Below are positions 8,754 to 18,229 of a DNA stretch of 64,000 nt, piece by piece (positions within the stretch are counted from its first letter, which is position 1; each line of letters begins with the position of its first letter). Origin of the DNA: Candidatus Woesearchaeota archaeon (GTDB lineage: Archaea > Nanobdellota > Nanobdellia > Pacearchaeales > GW2011-AR1). The notes beneath the pieces were generated by a model. That model ran no database searches, was not told the DNA's origin, and saw only the letters and a program-made list of their open reading frames with translations. Both the position numbers and the translations under genes were made by a program. Location: positions 87,009-151,008 of the forward strand of contig CAZCCD010000001.1 in NCBI GenBank assembly GCA_964497435.1, given 5' to 3'.

Positions 8754-9208
8754 GATTTTTATCATTAATTAATTCTAATATAATTTTAGATGCAGGGATG
8801 TTAAGGTAAGAGATGTAAACTAATGATATCTAACAAAAGAGTCATTCTGTTAAGTGCAAATAGTCATGTTGATTAACCCTTAATTTTTTATTCGATACCA
8901 AATTTTTAATAATAGGATAAACAAAAAGATTTTCTAAAATAAATTAATATATGATTCGAGTCGACAATTTAAAAGTAGATAATAACCAAGTCAATTAAAT
9001 GGATACTAACAATTTATCAATTCTCGCGGAGTGAGATAATTTTATCTTGTTTTAACTTTTTATAATAAATATGTGAGCGATTTTGGAGCGAACCTAGTTA
9101 AAGTAATAATAAATCAGTCAATCAAATGTATTTTATATTAACACGAACAAATCTGTGAGTGAGGCGAATGTAGATCACAAAGAATAACTTTATAAATTTT
9201 GATAACAA

Positions 9209-10423
9209 TTGTTTTATATGAAAATGAAAAAACTGGTGATTTTATTATTAATTTTAATATTAGTTAATTTAGTAAGCGCTGAATTTGATGTTTACAGTGT
9301 ATCAGAAGAAGAATTAGCTGCAGGAGTTCAAAAAGATCTAAAGCCAGGAGACCAGGCAAAGTTTGTCCATGAGGGCCAAGAATATTATTTATATATTAAT
9401 ACTGTTTATAGCAAAACAGTAGGAATATTAGTTTCTTCAAACAAAGAGCAGTATCTTGGTTTAGAGGGAAATGTAAATCCAAATGAAAGAAAATTTGAAC
9501 TTAATTTTGACGAATATTATGATCTATCTATAAAATTGGATACAATTAGCATATCTAAAGAAGATTCAAGAGTGATTCTAACAATAAAAAGAGTCCATGA
9601 ACTAGTACCTGAAAATACAATTCTTCCATATTCGTGCTTTGAGGCATATGCATGCGATAATGGGAAAAAACTAAATTTATGCAAGCCAGTGAATACAACT
9701 GTTAATTCTCCTTGTAGATGCAGGCCTGTTTCTGATTTAGAGTGTGAAGAAGAGGTGGGTGAGGAAGGAATAGAAGTATCAACAGAGAGTACAGATGATA
9801 CAAACGAAACTAGTGCTATTTGTGGTAATGAAATATGCGAGCCAGGAGAAGAAAGTGATCCTGGTGGTTGCGGTCCAGATGCAGATCCATCTTGTTTAGG
9901 ACCGCCAGCCAGCGAAGGAAGTTGTCCAGAAGATTGTGATGAGGTAGAAGAAGGAAAGATAAAATTAGGAGTAATTCCTAAGGCTGATTGTCCTACTGAC
10001 TGTCTTTGTGATGGCATAACAACTAAGTGTTTTTTTGAAAATGGGAGAGAAATGACAATTCTTGCCGGAGAATCAGGAAATATAATTATCCAATCTAAGA
10101 CAGCTGAAATGAGGACAAGTGTTGAATTGTATAAAAATGGAAGCAAAGTCATAGGAAATTTTGAAGATGGAGAAAAAGAAATAAGAATCTTCCCTGATGA
10201 TGTCAAGAATTTAGTCGAAGAAAAAGTAAAGGCTATAATGGAAGAGCAAAAAATGACCCTAAAAGAAGATGGAAAATATTATTTTAGTGCAAAAAAGAAA
10301 GCAAAGTTCTTATTTATATTAAATGTAAATGAAAGAATAAAGGCAGAAATAGACTCGAATACAGGTGTTATAAAAATAAAGAATTCAATTTTCAATTTTT
10401 TGTCTAATGATATTGAAAGATAG
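9209..10423 (+). CDS. secreted Cys-rich protein, paralog 2 of the tandem triplet
   Basis: It has a signal peptide. The C-terminal block CPTDCLCDGITTKCFFENGREMTILAGESGNIIIQSK…KAKFLFILNV is homologous to paralogs 1 and 3. Confidence 0.5.
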   Translation: MFYMKMKKLVILLLILILVNLVSAEFDVYSVSEEELAAGVQKDLKPGDQAKFVHEGQEYYLYINTVYSKTVGILVSSNKEQYLGLEGNVNPNERKFELNFDEYYDLSIKLDTISISKEDSRVILTIKRVHELVPENTILPYSCFEAYACDNGKKLNLCKPVNTTVNSPCRCRPVSDLECEEEVGEEGIEVSTESTDDTNETSAICGNEICEPGEESDPGGCGPDADPSCLGPPASEGSCPEDCDEVEEGKIKLGVIPKADCPTDCLCDGITTKCFFENGREMTILAGESGNIIIQSKTAEMRTSVELYKNGSKVIGNFEDGEKEIRIFPDDVKNLVEEKVKAIMEEQKMTLKEDGKYYFSAKKKAKFLFILNVNERIKAEIDSNTGVIKIKNSIFNFLSNDIER

Positions 10424-10453
10424 ATTTATAAAAAGCAAAAAATACTATATATT

Positions 10454-11212
10454 ATGAAAATAAAGGGGGTTTTATGTATTTCATTAATTCTCTTGTCTAT
10501 TCTAGCAGTTATTATTGCAGAGGAAAACGAAAGCGGAGTAATTCTCAATCCTACTAATGACACAAGAATCTGCTGCAAGATTACAGAGACAAGGGCTAAT
10601 TTAGGAGACGAGATTGTTAAATACCTTTTAGTTGATGAAGGCTTGTGTGTGACTCCAAGAGTCGGAGGAATAATAACAAAAGAAATTGTCGATAAATCTC
10701 TATGTTTAAAGGATGAGGATGAAAAAAGAACCCAGTTAAGAGAAAGAATTAAAGCATGGGTTGAAGGAGAAGAGTGCCCAAGGAGTTGTATATGTCAAGG
10801 AGTTACAATGAAATGTGAGATTGAAGGAGGCAGGGAAATGACTGTTTATGCTGGCAAATCAGGAAACATAATAATCCAGGTAAAAGGAGTAAATGTAAGT
10901 ACTGAAGTAACTCTTTATAAAGATGTTACTGGAGAACTCTATGGTAGTTTTGAAGATGGAGAAAGAAAAATAAAAGTTCTCCCAGATCAGGTCGAAGAAT
11001 TAATAAAAGAAAAAGCACAAAAAAGTATAGAAGACACAAAAGCAGAGCTTGATGAAAAAGGCATTTACAAGGCAAATGCAAAGAAAAGAGCAAAGTTCCT
11101 TGGATTTATTCCTGTTAAAGAAACAGTAAGAGCAAGAATAAATTCAGATACAGGAGAAATTAAAAAGTTTGGCAATTCTTGGTGGGGTTTTTTGGCGAGG
11201 GATATGAAATAG
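10454..11212 (+). CDS. secreted Cys-rich protein, paralog 3 of the tandem triplet
   Basis: It has a signal peptide. The C-terminal block ECPRSCICQGVTMKCEIEGGREMTVYAGKSGNIIIQVKGVN…RAKFLGFIPV…NSWWGFLARDMK is shared with the other two. Confidence 0.5.
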   Translation: MKIKGVLCISLILLSILAVIIAEENESGVILNPTNDTRICCKITETRANLGDEIVKYLLVDEGLCVTPRVGGIITKEIVDKSLCLKDEDEKRTQLRERIKAWVEGEECPRSCICQGVTMKCEIEGGREMTVYAGKSGNIIIQVKGVNVSTEVTLYKDVTGELYGSFEDGERKIKVLPDQVEELIKEKAQKSIEDTKAELDEKGIYKANAKKRAKFLGFIPVKETVRARINSDTGEIKKFGNSWWGFLARDMK

Positions 11213-11272
11213 TAAGAGTTTATTTATTTTAAACTTATAAGTCTTTATAAATCCTCGTACTCTTTTTATAGA

Positions 11273-11602
11273 ATGCTTGATCCAAACAAAATCAAAAAGA
11301 AGGTGCCAGTTAATGATTTTATAACCTTAATAAGAAAATATGTTCCTGAGAAAATTGAAGATAGCGGTCATGCTTTTAAGAGACTTAGTCAAAGGCAAAG
11401 AGAATTATTTAATATCGAGGAAATATGCAATATTTTGCTTAAAGATAGACCTTTTCTTGTAGGAATTCAAGAAAATAATAATTATGCTGTCTTTTATAAA
11501 CATCAAGGCAAGAATCTAAGAATGATAATAAAATTGGAATTCCAAAAGGTTAAAATAGTCACATTTTATTATGTATTAGAATGGCAAATACCAAAAATAT
11601 GA
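11273..11602 (+). CDS. DUF4258-like small protein (toxin-like member of a DUF4258/DUF2283 pair)
   Basis: It shows the 'HAFKRLSQRQ…I..I' pattern and a C-terminal 'LRMIIKLE…VKIVTFYYV' block, both typical of DUF4258. It overlaps the downstream gene. Confidence 0.4.
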   Translation: MLDPNKIKKKVPVNDFITLIRKYVPEKIEDSGHAFKRLSQRQRELFNIEEICNILLKDRPFLVGIQENNNYAVFYKHQGKNLRMIIKLEFQKVKIVTFYYVLEWQIPKI

Positions 11603-11979
11603 CAGGTAAAGAAAGAACATTAGAAGCAGAAGGAGAAATGGATTATGATTATGTAAATGATATTCTGCTCTTTAAAGTAAAAGATAGAGGGTATGATTTT
11701 TCCATAGAATTTAAAAATATGGTGATAGACATAGATAACGAGCAATTTATTGTTGGAATTCAGATTTTTGATGCCTCAAAATTCCTAAAAATAAGCAAAG
11801 AACACTTAAGAAAAATTACAAAATGGCAATTTAAGGCGAGACTTCAAGAAAATGAATTCAGAATTGATCTATATTATCAAGTAGTAGTCAGGAATAAAAT
11901 TATCAATAATAATATTTATCCAATTATTGTCCAGCAGGATGTAGATTTACCTAGCCCCCAGATGGTTACCACGGTTTAG
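11581..11979 (+). CDS. DUF2283-like small protein (partner of the upstream gene)
   Basis: 'MDYDYVNDILLFKV…FIVGIQIFDAS' matches the DUF2283 pattern (YD.e.D.L.i….ivGIEIl.AS). Confidence 0.4.
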   Translation: MANTKNMTGKERTLEAEGEMDYDYVNDILLFKVKDRGYDFSIEFKNMVIDIDNEQFIVGIQIFDASKFLKISKEHLRKITKWQFKARLQENEFRIDLYYQVVVRNKIINNNIYPIIVQQDVDLPSPQMVTTV

Positions 11980-12053
11980 ATTTTTATTATCTTTTAAGTA
12001 CAAAAATAGATAAGAGGGAAAGGGTTTACGATTAAATATTCTAAATGTTTTTT

Positions 12054-13919
12054 TCAAGCCACACTCGTTGTCGTAGAACTCGCCTTTTTTATGTAATTCA
12101 TGACTTGAGTGTAAGTGTAAGCATCGTATTGACTGTTAGCCGAATTTGTTGTAACACCAGAACAAACTAATGGTGCTGGTCCGCCTTTAAAGATATAATT
12201 AACAAGATAAATTATATCTGATGCTGTTATAGTACCTGTACAATCCACATCTCCATTGCTCATGACAGGCAGAGGAGCTGGTCCTCCTTTAAAGATATAA
12301 TTAACTAGATAAATAATGTCAGCACTTGTGATTACGCCATTGTTATTAACGTCTCCTCTTACATAAGAAGGAGAAAATGTCACTTGTTTAACATCTTCAT
12401 TATTTCCATCATTGCTTTCTATCTTTATATTATCCTCATCAACTTTAACACTAATATTATAGGTAGTATTGGTAGAAGAGGTAAAAAGCACATTAATAAC
12501 TTTATTTGAGTTTGCATCTACATCAATTATCTGTTCATAATACGGAGTAGGATTAGAATTTACATAAAACCTAACAGAAGCTCCAAAAACATCAGTGTCT
12601 CCGTTATTAAAAACTGTTCCGATTAAGTTGATTGTATCATTAACTAAAGGCGTTGAGTTTGAAAATGTCAGGACAGGATTTAGGTCAGGGTACCAATCTA
12701 AATCAGTAAAATTGCGCACGCCCCAGCCAGGTCCTGAAGGTCCGTCGTATCTCCATATAGGTTTAGTTTGGGTTTCAAAGTCAGTATGCCCTATAGCTTT
12801 TCCAAATAAATCAATAACAACTGTATCAGCATGATAATTTGGTGCAGGAGGAGCATACCAATCCATCGTTTTGTAAAGAACTTCATTATTATTATCTATT
12901 ATATTATAAAAATTATTCCAGTCTAAATTATAATCGTCTCTTAACATAGAAAACATCCAGGCCGTAATATCGTAACCAGAACTATTTTGAATTTCATTAT
13001 TATTAACTGTTGTATCATGATAATCATTATTTACATAATCTTGCCAATTAAAAGCACTTGTACCTTGATAAATAGAATCATCAGCAGTTTGTTGTGTTAT
13101 AATCCCATTATTAGATAAAATATTATACTGATTATACTGTGAAAATCCCTCTGTAAGCCAAGGTCTAACAAAAATTGGTAAGGGGTTGATGGCGTGCAAT
13201 GACTCATGAATAGCTCCAGCCATATAAAACCATCTTTCGCATTTAGAATCATCATAGAATGGGTCAGATAAATAAAGATTGGCTTCTGCTGGTAAAGCTT
13301 GCCCCCACCAACATACATTTGTAGGATGAACATAAATTTTTAGTCTAACGCCATAAAATTTTTCAGAGCTCCATTTAGTCAAGTCTTTTAAATCTATAAA
13401 GTTCCCTTCAAAAGAATTAAAAAATTCAGTTAGATTATCCTCATTGTTATCAAAAAAAGGTTGATCTATATAAACATCAAAATCAGCATAATTTAATATT
13501 TTTGGATCGGTTGTGGTTGTATAGACAACTTCATCATCGACTTCTACTCCAATCGGTTTATCCACAATAAAAGGAATCTCTCTTCCATCAACATAAAAAA
13601 TCTTTTTGTCATAATCAACAGTCATCTTAAAGCCGTTTGTTCCTTCAATCACTTTTATATTCGGAAAAGTTGTTGTTGCAGTTCCAACTTCTTCTTCACC
13701 GATAGTTGTTTCTGGTTCTTCTGTTTCAGGAACTATATAGGAATCTATGACTTCTCTCTCAAAAAGTTGTAATTGGTTGTTTCCTGTAAGTGTCTTGACT
13801 ATTCTTTGTGAAAGTGTTGTGTCTTCTGCCTTGCTGTATTGAATCATGAAAATAAATGTACTATTCAGTACCAAAAGCACAGATATTAACACTGCCAGCA
13901 ACCATATGTCTTTTTCCAT
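12054..13919 (-). CDS. secreted zincin metalloprotease with tandem C-terminal dockerin-like repeats (type B)
   Basis: It has a signal/TM N-terminus and an HExxH motif (AIHESLHAI). Near the C-terminus '[28 protein letters not shown]' is followed by a second copy '[28 protein letters not shown]'. Confidence 0.55.
   Translation of the reverse strand: MEKDIWLLAVLISVLLVLNSTFIFMIQYSKAEDTTLSQRIVKTLTGNNQLQLFEREVIDSYIVPETEEPETTIGEEEVGTATTTFPNIKVIEGTNGFKMTVDYDKKIFYVDGREIPFIVDKPIGVEVDDEVVYTTTTDPKILNYADFDVYIDQPFFDNNEDNLTEFFNSFEGNFIDLKDLTKWSSEKFYGVRLKIYVHPTNVCWWGQALPAEANLYLSDPFYDDSKCERWFYMAGAIHESLHAINPLPIFVRPWLTEGFSQYNQYNILSNNGIITQQTADDSIYQGTSAFNWQDYVNNDYHDTTVNNNEIQNSSGYDITAWMFSMLRDDYNLDWNNFYNIIDNNNEVLYKTMDWYAPPAPNYHADTVVIDLFGKAIGHTDFETQTKPIWRYDGPSGPGWGVRNFTDLDWYPDLNPVLTFSNSTPLVNDTINLIGTVFNNGDTDVFGASVRFYVNSNPTPYYEQIIDVDANSNKVINVLFTSSTNTTYNISVKVDEDNIKIESNDGNNEDVKQVTFSPSYVRGDVNNNGVITSADIIYLVNYIFKGGPAPLPVMSNGDVDCTGTITASDIIYLVNYIFKGGPAPLVCSGVTTNSANSQYDAYTYTQVMNYIKKASSTTTSVA
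12168..12356 (-). other. dockerin-like module (type B: two DxNxxG…[17 protein letters not shown] repeats)
   Basis: It is a Ca-loop-like [12 protein letters not shown] segment plus an amphipathic helix, duplicated. The same module is present in the 48781..53301 product. Confidence 0.5.
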
Positions 13920-14123
13920 TTTCAGCTATTATTTTATAGGTATTTAATCTATTTAAAAGTTTTGGGGTTATAGGTTTTGTTTATCAAAGGATTTCAGTAA
14001 AGCCGGTTTACTTAAACTTAATCATTAAAAATATTTGAAAAAATAAATGCGGAATTTATTGTTATTATTTTATAGTGATAAACATAAAGAAAGATTTATA
14101 AATAAAAAAATACAACAAATTGT

Positions 14124-15260
14124 ATGTTAGGGCCATACATTGCAAACATAGATGGAACAATCACATATAGGGGGAATAAAATTTTCCCAAGGCTAGATAA
14201 TATCAACTCATACATATTTCCAGTAAAAGAAATTGAAAAGAGGGTAGATTCATTAAAAAATAGTGAGATTTGGACTCGTATAGCAAAAATAAACCATCAA
14301 ATAAACATTGCTATAAACAAATATTTCCATAAAAAGGGTGCCTTTTTCACACTGTTACCTTTAACAACGAGAATGATCTCATCTCCCGGAGCAGTTTATG
14401 GAAAAGAAACAATAAACTACACAACAGATACTCATCCAATGAGCCTCAAATGGTTTGATATATCAAAAGATGTCTTTTTATCAGAATCTTCCCAAATTTA
14501 TTTGGAACTATCTCTAATTCAAAAAGGAATTAATCATGTTTATTCGATTTACAACTCGTTCCGAAAAGAAAAATCAGATAGTACACATCTCTCAGAATTT
14601 CATCACGTGGAATATGAAGGAAAAATAAATCAAGAAAAAAACGAGGAAACTGCACTTGAATTAGTTAAAGAAATATTAGAAAGGTTATTAAAAGAAAACA
14701 AAGAAGATTTAAATTTTTTTTTAACTAAAGAAAAAATACAAGAATTGAAAAATTTATCAGAACAAATTTCGCAAATTCCTATAATAACTTTTAGAGAGGC
14801 TTTAAACTTACTTTACAAAGAAACAAAAAATGAAAAGTATAAAGAATTCACTTTAAAAAATTTTGGGATGTGGGAAGAGATAAAGATAACTGAAATTTTA
14901 GGAGGTATGGTAATTATTAAAGAATTTCCTTTACTTGAAGTACCTTTTTATCACGAAGTTGTAAAAAATAAAAGACCATTTGTAGCAAATAATGCAGATA
15001 TAATTTGGCCAGGGTATAGAGAGTTTATCGGAAGCGGGCAAAGGATTAGATCAGAAAAAGAGCTTCATGAAAAGGCTAAGATTTTTAAATTACCAAAAGA
15101 AGATTATGAACCATATTTAAAGATAAGAAGATATTTCGATTATGAGTCGACATCTGGTTTTGGATTGGGATGGGAAAGAATGCTTCAAGGACTTTTAGAA
15201 ATGCCTTTTATTTGGAGTATTACTCAATTCCCGAGAACCGATAGGAGTTTAAAGCCTTAA
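14124..15260 (+). CDS. AsnA-like / AsnRS-AspRS catalytic-domain paralog (class II aaRS core without anticodon-binding domain)
   Basis: It carries the class II motifs: motif 2-like FRKEKSDSTHLSEFHHVEYEG, the GSGQRI(R) block and motif 3-like GFGLGWERMLQG. There is no N-terminal OB fold. Its stop lies 1 nt before the next start. Confidence 0.6.
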   Translation: MLGPYIANIDGTITYRGNKIFPRLDNINSYIFPVKEIEKRVDSLKNSEIWTRIAKINHQINIAINKYFHKKGAFFTLLPLTTRMISSPGAVYGKETINYTTDTHPMSLKWFDISKDVFLSESSQIYLELSLIQKGINHVYSIYNSFRKEKSDSTHLSEFHHVEYEGKINQEKNEETALELVKEILERLLKENKEDLNFFLTKEKIQELKNLSEQISQIPIITFREALNLLYKETKNEKYKEFTLKNFGMWEEIKITEILGGMVIIKEFPLLEVPFYHEVVKNKRPFVANNADIIWPGYREFIGSGQRIRSEKELHEKAKIFKLPKEDYEPYLKIRRYFDYESTSGFGLGWERMLQGLLEMPFIWSITQFPRTDRSLKP

Positions 15261-15261
15261 A

Positions 15262-16527
15262 ATGGAATCTTTTTACGGAAGAATTAAGGGAAGAAGAGAT
15301 CATGGAAAAGTAGTCTTTTTAGATGTATCAAGAGGAAATTCAAACCAGCAAATTGTAATTCAAAAATCTTCTTTCAAAAAAAATTATGAAAAAGCAAAAA
15401 GAGAATTACAAATTGGAAACATAGTTAGGATTGAAGGAGAATATTTTATATCTAGTTCCGATGTAAAAACTTTAAATGTTCGCACATATGCTATTTTAAC
15501 TTATTGTTACGATGCAGATCCATTAAAATCAGAAATTAAGTCTGAAGAAAGAAGAAGAAATAGAGGGTTAGATATATTAACAAGTAATGAATCTTTCAGC
15601 AGATATACCAATATAGTAAAAATAAATAAAGCTATCAGATTATATTTATATGAAAGAGGGTTTTTAGAAGTAGAAACCGGAATATTAAAGGAAACAACAG
15701 ATACATCAAAAGCTGATGATTTTACAACAAAGGCTAATTGGAACAATCAACGTCTATATCTAAGAAAATCGACAGAACAAAGATTAAAACAACTCTTAGC
15801 AGGAGGTCTAGAGAACATATTTGAAATGGGCAAAGTATTTAGGAATGAAAGTGTAGGAAGAGATTTTTCTCCAGAGTTTACTGCCCTCGAACTTTATCAA
15901 TCATATGCTACCTACAGAGAAATGTTAGAAATAGTTAAGGGGATTCTAAGCAGATTAAACGAAGTTGTTGGAAAACCAAAATCAAATCCAAGTGATTTTG
16001 AAGAGGTTATGTTTTATGATTTCTTGAGTGAAAGAACAGGAATAGATGTAATATCAACAGACACAGAAAAATTGGTTTCAATTACTCCTCAACATAAAAG
16101 AAAAACATACCCAGATAAAATTGGAAGAAGAGGATATATACTAAATGATCTATTTGAGAGTGTTATAAAAGAAACAAGAGATAAAAATTTAACAATTACA
16201 GGTTACCCTAAAGAGATCAATATATTAAGTAGAGAAATGGAATCAGATTCGACACTCTCTGAAGAATTTAGAATGTATGTTCGAGGTAGATCATACTGCT
16301 ATGGATGTACCGAACTTACTGATTACTTTGAACAAGAAAGAAGAATAAAAGCGCAAGCTGATTTTTTGGGAAAGCCAATCGATAATTTAGATCCTTCTTT
16401 CATTAAAATGCTTAAGATAGGACTACCTCCTTGCGCTGGGTTGGGATTAAGTTTAGAAAGGCTTCAAATGATATACTTAAATTTAGAGGATGTCAGAGAT
16501 GCCATCACGTTTCCGCTGCAAAGATGA
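15262..16527 (+). CDS. compact class II lysyl-tRNA synthetase-like protein (LysRS-II/AspRS-family; N-terminal OB fold + catalytic core)
   Basis: The N-terminal 'HGKVVFLDVSRGNSNQQIVIQ' is an OB-fold signature. Motif 2 'FRNESVGRDFSPEFTALELYQSYATY' resembles LysRS FRNEG..NPEFT..E.Y.AYADY. Motif 3 'GLPPCAGLGLSLERL…VRDAITFP' resembles LysRS GLPPTAGLGIGIDRL…IRDVILFP. Confidence 0.6.
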   Translation: MESFYGRIKGRRDHGKVVFLDVSRGNSNQQIVIQKSSFKKNYEKAKRELQIGNIVRIEGEYFISSSDVKTLNVRTYAILTYCYDADPLKSEIKSEERRRNRGLDILTSNESFSRYTNIVKINKAIRLYLYERGFLEVETGILKETTDTSKADDFTTKANWNNQRLYLRKSTEQRLKQLLAGGLENIFEMGKVFRNESVGRDFSPEFTALELYQSYATYREMLEIVKGILSRLNEVVGKPKSNPSDFEEVMFYDFLSERTGIDVISTDTEKLVSITPQHKRKTYPDKIGRRGYILNDLFESVIKETRDKNLTITGYPKEINILSREMESDSTLSEEFRMYVRGRSYCYGCTELTDYFEQERRIKAQADFLGKPIDNLDPSFIKMLKIGLPPCAGLGLSLERLQMIYLNLEDVRDAITFPLQR

Positions 16528-17360
16528 GATTGGAAAAATTAACACCAAAAGATATTGAAAAATTAAGTTATAATGAAATAATAGGAATTATAAAAGAAAC
16601 AAATAGACCTCCTGGAGGAAAAAATTCAATATTTGAAATAATGAATAGATGCTTCATTAATCAAAATAGCAAAATACTAGAAGTTGGAACAAGTACAGGC
16701 TTTACTGCTTTAGAAATTAGTAAACTTGTCCGTTGCAAGATAGTCTCTATAGATATAAATGAAAATAGTTTAAATGAAGCGAAAAAGAGAGCTTCATTTG
16801 AAGGTTTTGATAATATCTCTTTCGTCAGAGCAGATGTTAATAATCTTCCTTTTAAAGATATGTCCTTTGATTTAGTTATAGTAGGGAATGTTTTTTCTCT
16901 AATGAAAAAAAAAGAAAAAACGCTTAAAGAATGTTTAAGAGTTTGTAAAAAATCTGGGTTTATTGCTGCAATACCAATGTATTATTTAACTAAACCCTCT
17001 AAAAAATTGGTAAATGAGGTATCTAATGCAATAGGAATAAAAATAACCCCCTTGTATAAAAGAAATTGGAATGATTTTTTCAGTACTCCTCAAATTAATA
17101 TATATTGGGATAAAGATTATAAATTTGATTATATAAAAAATAAAGAAATTGATAATTTTGTTAAAGAAATTTTGTCAAGAGAACATCTTAAAAGATTAAA
17201 AAAAGAAAGTATGAACTTATTGACAAAGAAGTATAAAAATTATATGCTTTTATTTAGGGATAATTTATCTAAAATGGGTTTTAGTATAATTTTATTAGAA
17301 AGAAATAAAATATGGGAGGATAAAGAACTTTTTACATCTAAAGAGATTACTAATAAATAA
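16524..17360 (+). CDS. class I SAM-dependent methyltransferase
   Basis: Motif I is ILEVGTSTGF and motif II is FDLVIVGNVF. The likely true start is the ATG at 16524, which overlaps the upstream stop as ATGA; the track start at 16431 is over-extended. Confidence 0.6.
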   Translation: MRLEKLTPKDIEKLSYNEIIGIIKETNRPPGGKNSIFEIMNRCFINQNSKILEVGTSTGFTALEISKLVRCKIVSIDINENSLNEAKKRASFEGFDNISFVRADVNNLPFKDMSFDLVIVGNVFSLMKKKEKTLKECLRVCKKSGFIAAIPMYYLTKPSKKLVNEVSNAIGIKITPLYKRNWNDFFSTPQINIYWDKDYKFDYIKNKEIDNFVKEILSREHLKRLKKESMNLLTKKYKNYMLLFRDNLSKMGFSIILLERNKIWEDKELFTSKEITNK

Positions 17361-17364
17361 TAAA

Positions 17365-18222
17365 ATGGAAATAATAGAAAAAAGGTTATCTAAGGATGGA
17401 AGCATTAAATATGCTTTTAAAGTTCCAAATGGGATAGTTGAGGCTATATATTTTAATTTTAAAGGAAGATATGGTAATGATTCTGTTTCTTCTAATGTAA
17501 TTTGTTTATCTTCTCAAGTTGGATGCACATATAGTTGTTCTTTTTGTGAAACAGGTAAAATTCCTAAAGTAAGAAATTTAACAAAGGAAGAGATGGTTGT
17601 ACAGGTAGATTTAATACAAGAAGATTTGGAAACACATCAGAAAAAAAGAGCAGATTATTATGCGTTAATGGGAATGGGAGAACCGCTGGTTAATCTAAGA
17701 AATGTTTTGGGTTTTTATCATCAAGAAAAATCTCAAGTTAGAGGCATATCCCTCTCAACGGTGGGAGTTGTACCAAAAATAGATAGTTTATCAAGTGATC
17801 CTGATGTAGATTTTGTTTTGTATATTTCGTTGCATACACCATATAATGATCAGAGAAAGAGACTAATATCTTCTAGGTGGATTTGGTCGGTAGAAGAGAC
17901 CCTCTCAGCAGGGAAAAGATATTCAGCAAAAAAAAATAGAAGAACCGGATTAACTTATATGTTAATTCCTAATGAAAACGACTCTGTCCAACATGCAAAA
18001 GATTTAGTGAAATTAATAGATCCTAATTATTTTTTTGTTCAATTGACATGTTTTAATTCAGGAGAAAATGTTCAATCTGATAGAAATGCGTTTGTTGATT
18101 CTTCCAGGTTATTTATGAAAGAAATAAGTAAAAAGGGAATTATTTGTGATATACAGTTAAGTAAAGGAGTGGATGTAGAAGGGGGGTGTGGTCAACTTTC
18201 TGGAAGGTTGTCTAGTAATTAA
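17365..18222 (+). CDS. RlmN/Cfr-family radical-SAM methyltransferase-like protein, N-terminally truncated (285 aa)
   Basis: 'SSQVGCTYSCSFCETG' is a CX3CX2C motif that aligns with RlmN SSQVGCALxCxFCST. MGMGEPLVNL (RlmN MMGMGEPLLNL), LSTVGVVP (LSTSGVVP), YISLHTP (AISLHAP), TYMLIPNENDS (IEYVMLD.VND) and the C-terminal GGCGQLSG (the RlmN catalytic Cys, AACGQLAG) all align as well. Confidence 0.75.
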   Translation: MEIIEKRLSKDGSIKYAFKVPNGIVEAIYFNFKGRYGNDSVSSNVICLSSQVGCTYSCSFCETGKIPKVRNLTKEEMVVQVDLIQEDLETHQKKRADYYALMGMGEPLVNLRNVLGFYHQEKSQVRGISLSTVGVVPKIDSLSSDPDVDFVLYISLHTPYNDQRKRLISSRWIWSVEETLSAGKRYSAKKNRRTGLTYMLIPNENDSVQHAKDLVKLIDPNYFFVQLTCFNSGENVQSDRNAFVDSSRLFMKEISKKGIICDIQLSKGVDVEGGCGQLSGRLSSN

Positions 18223-18229
18223 TTTAGTT

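Noticed and set aside
9517-10206. 229-aa antisense ORF inside the 9209..10423 gene
   Set aside because: It is Ser/Pro-rich low-complexity translation of the complementary strand of a Cys/acidic-rich gene, which makes it spurious. ORFs 20685..21416, 19833..20126 and 20564..20746, opposite the 19588..21933 gene, were rejected for the same reason.
12595-13333. ORFs 12595..12834 (+) and 13097..13333 (-) within the metalloprotease gene
   Set aside because: They are embedded in or overlap the 621-aa ORF and have no motifs, so they are spurious.
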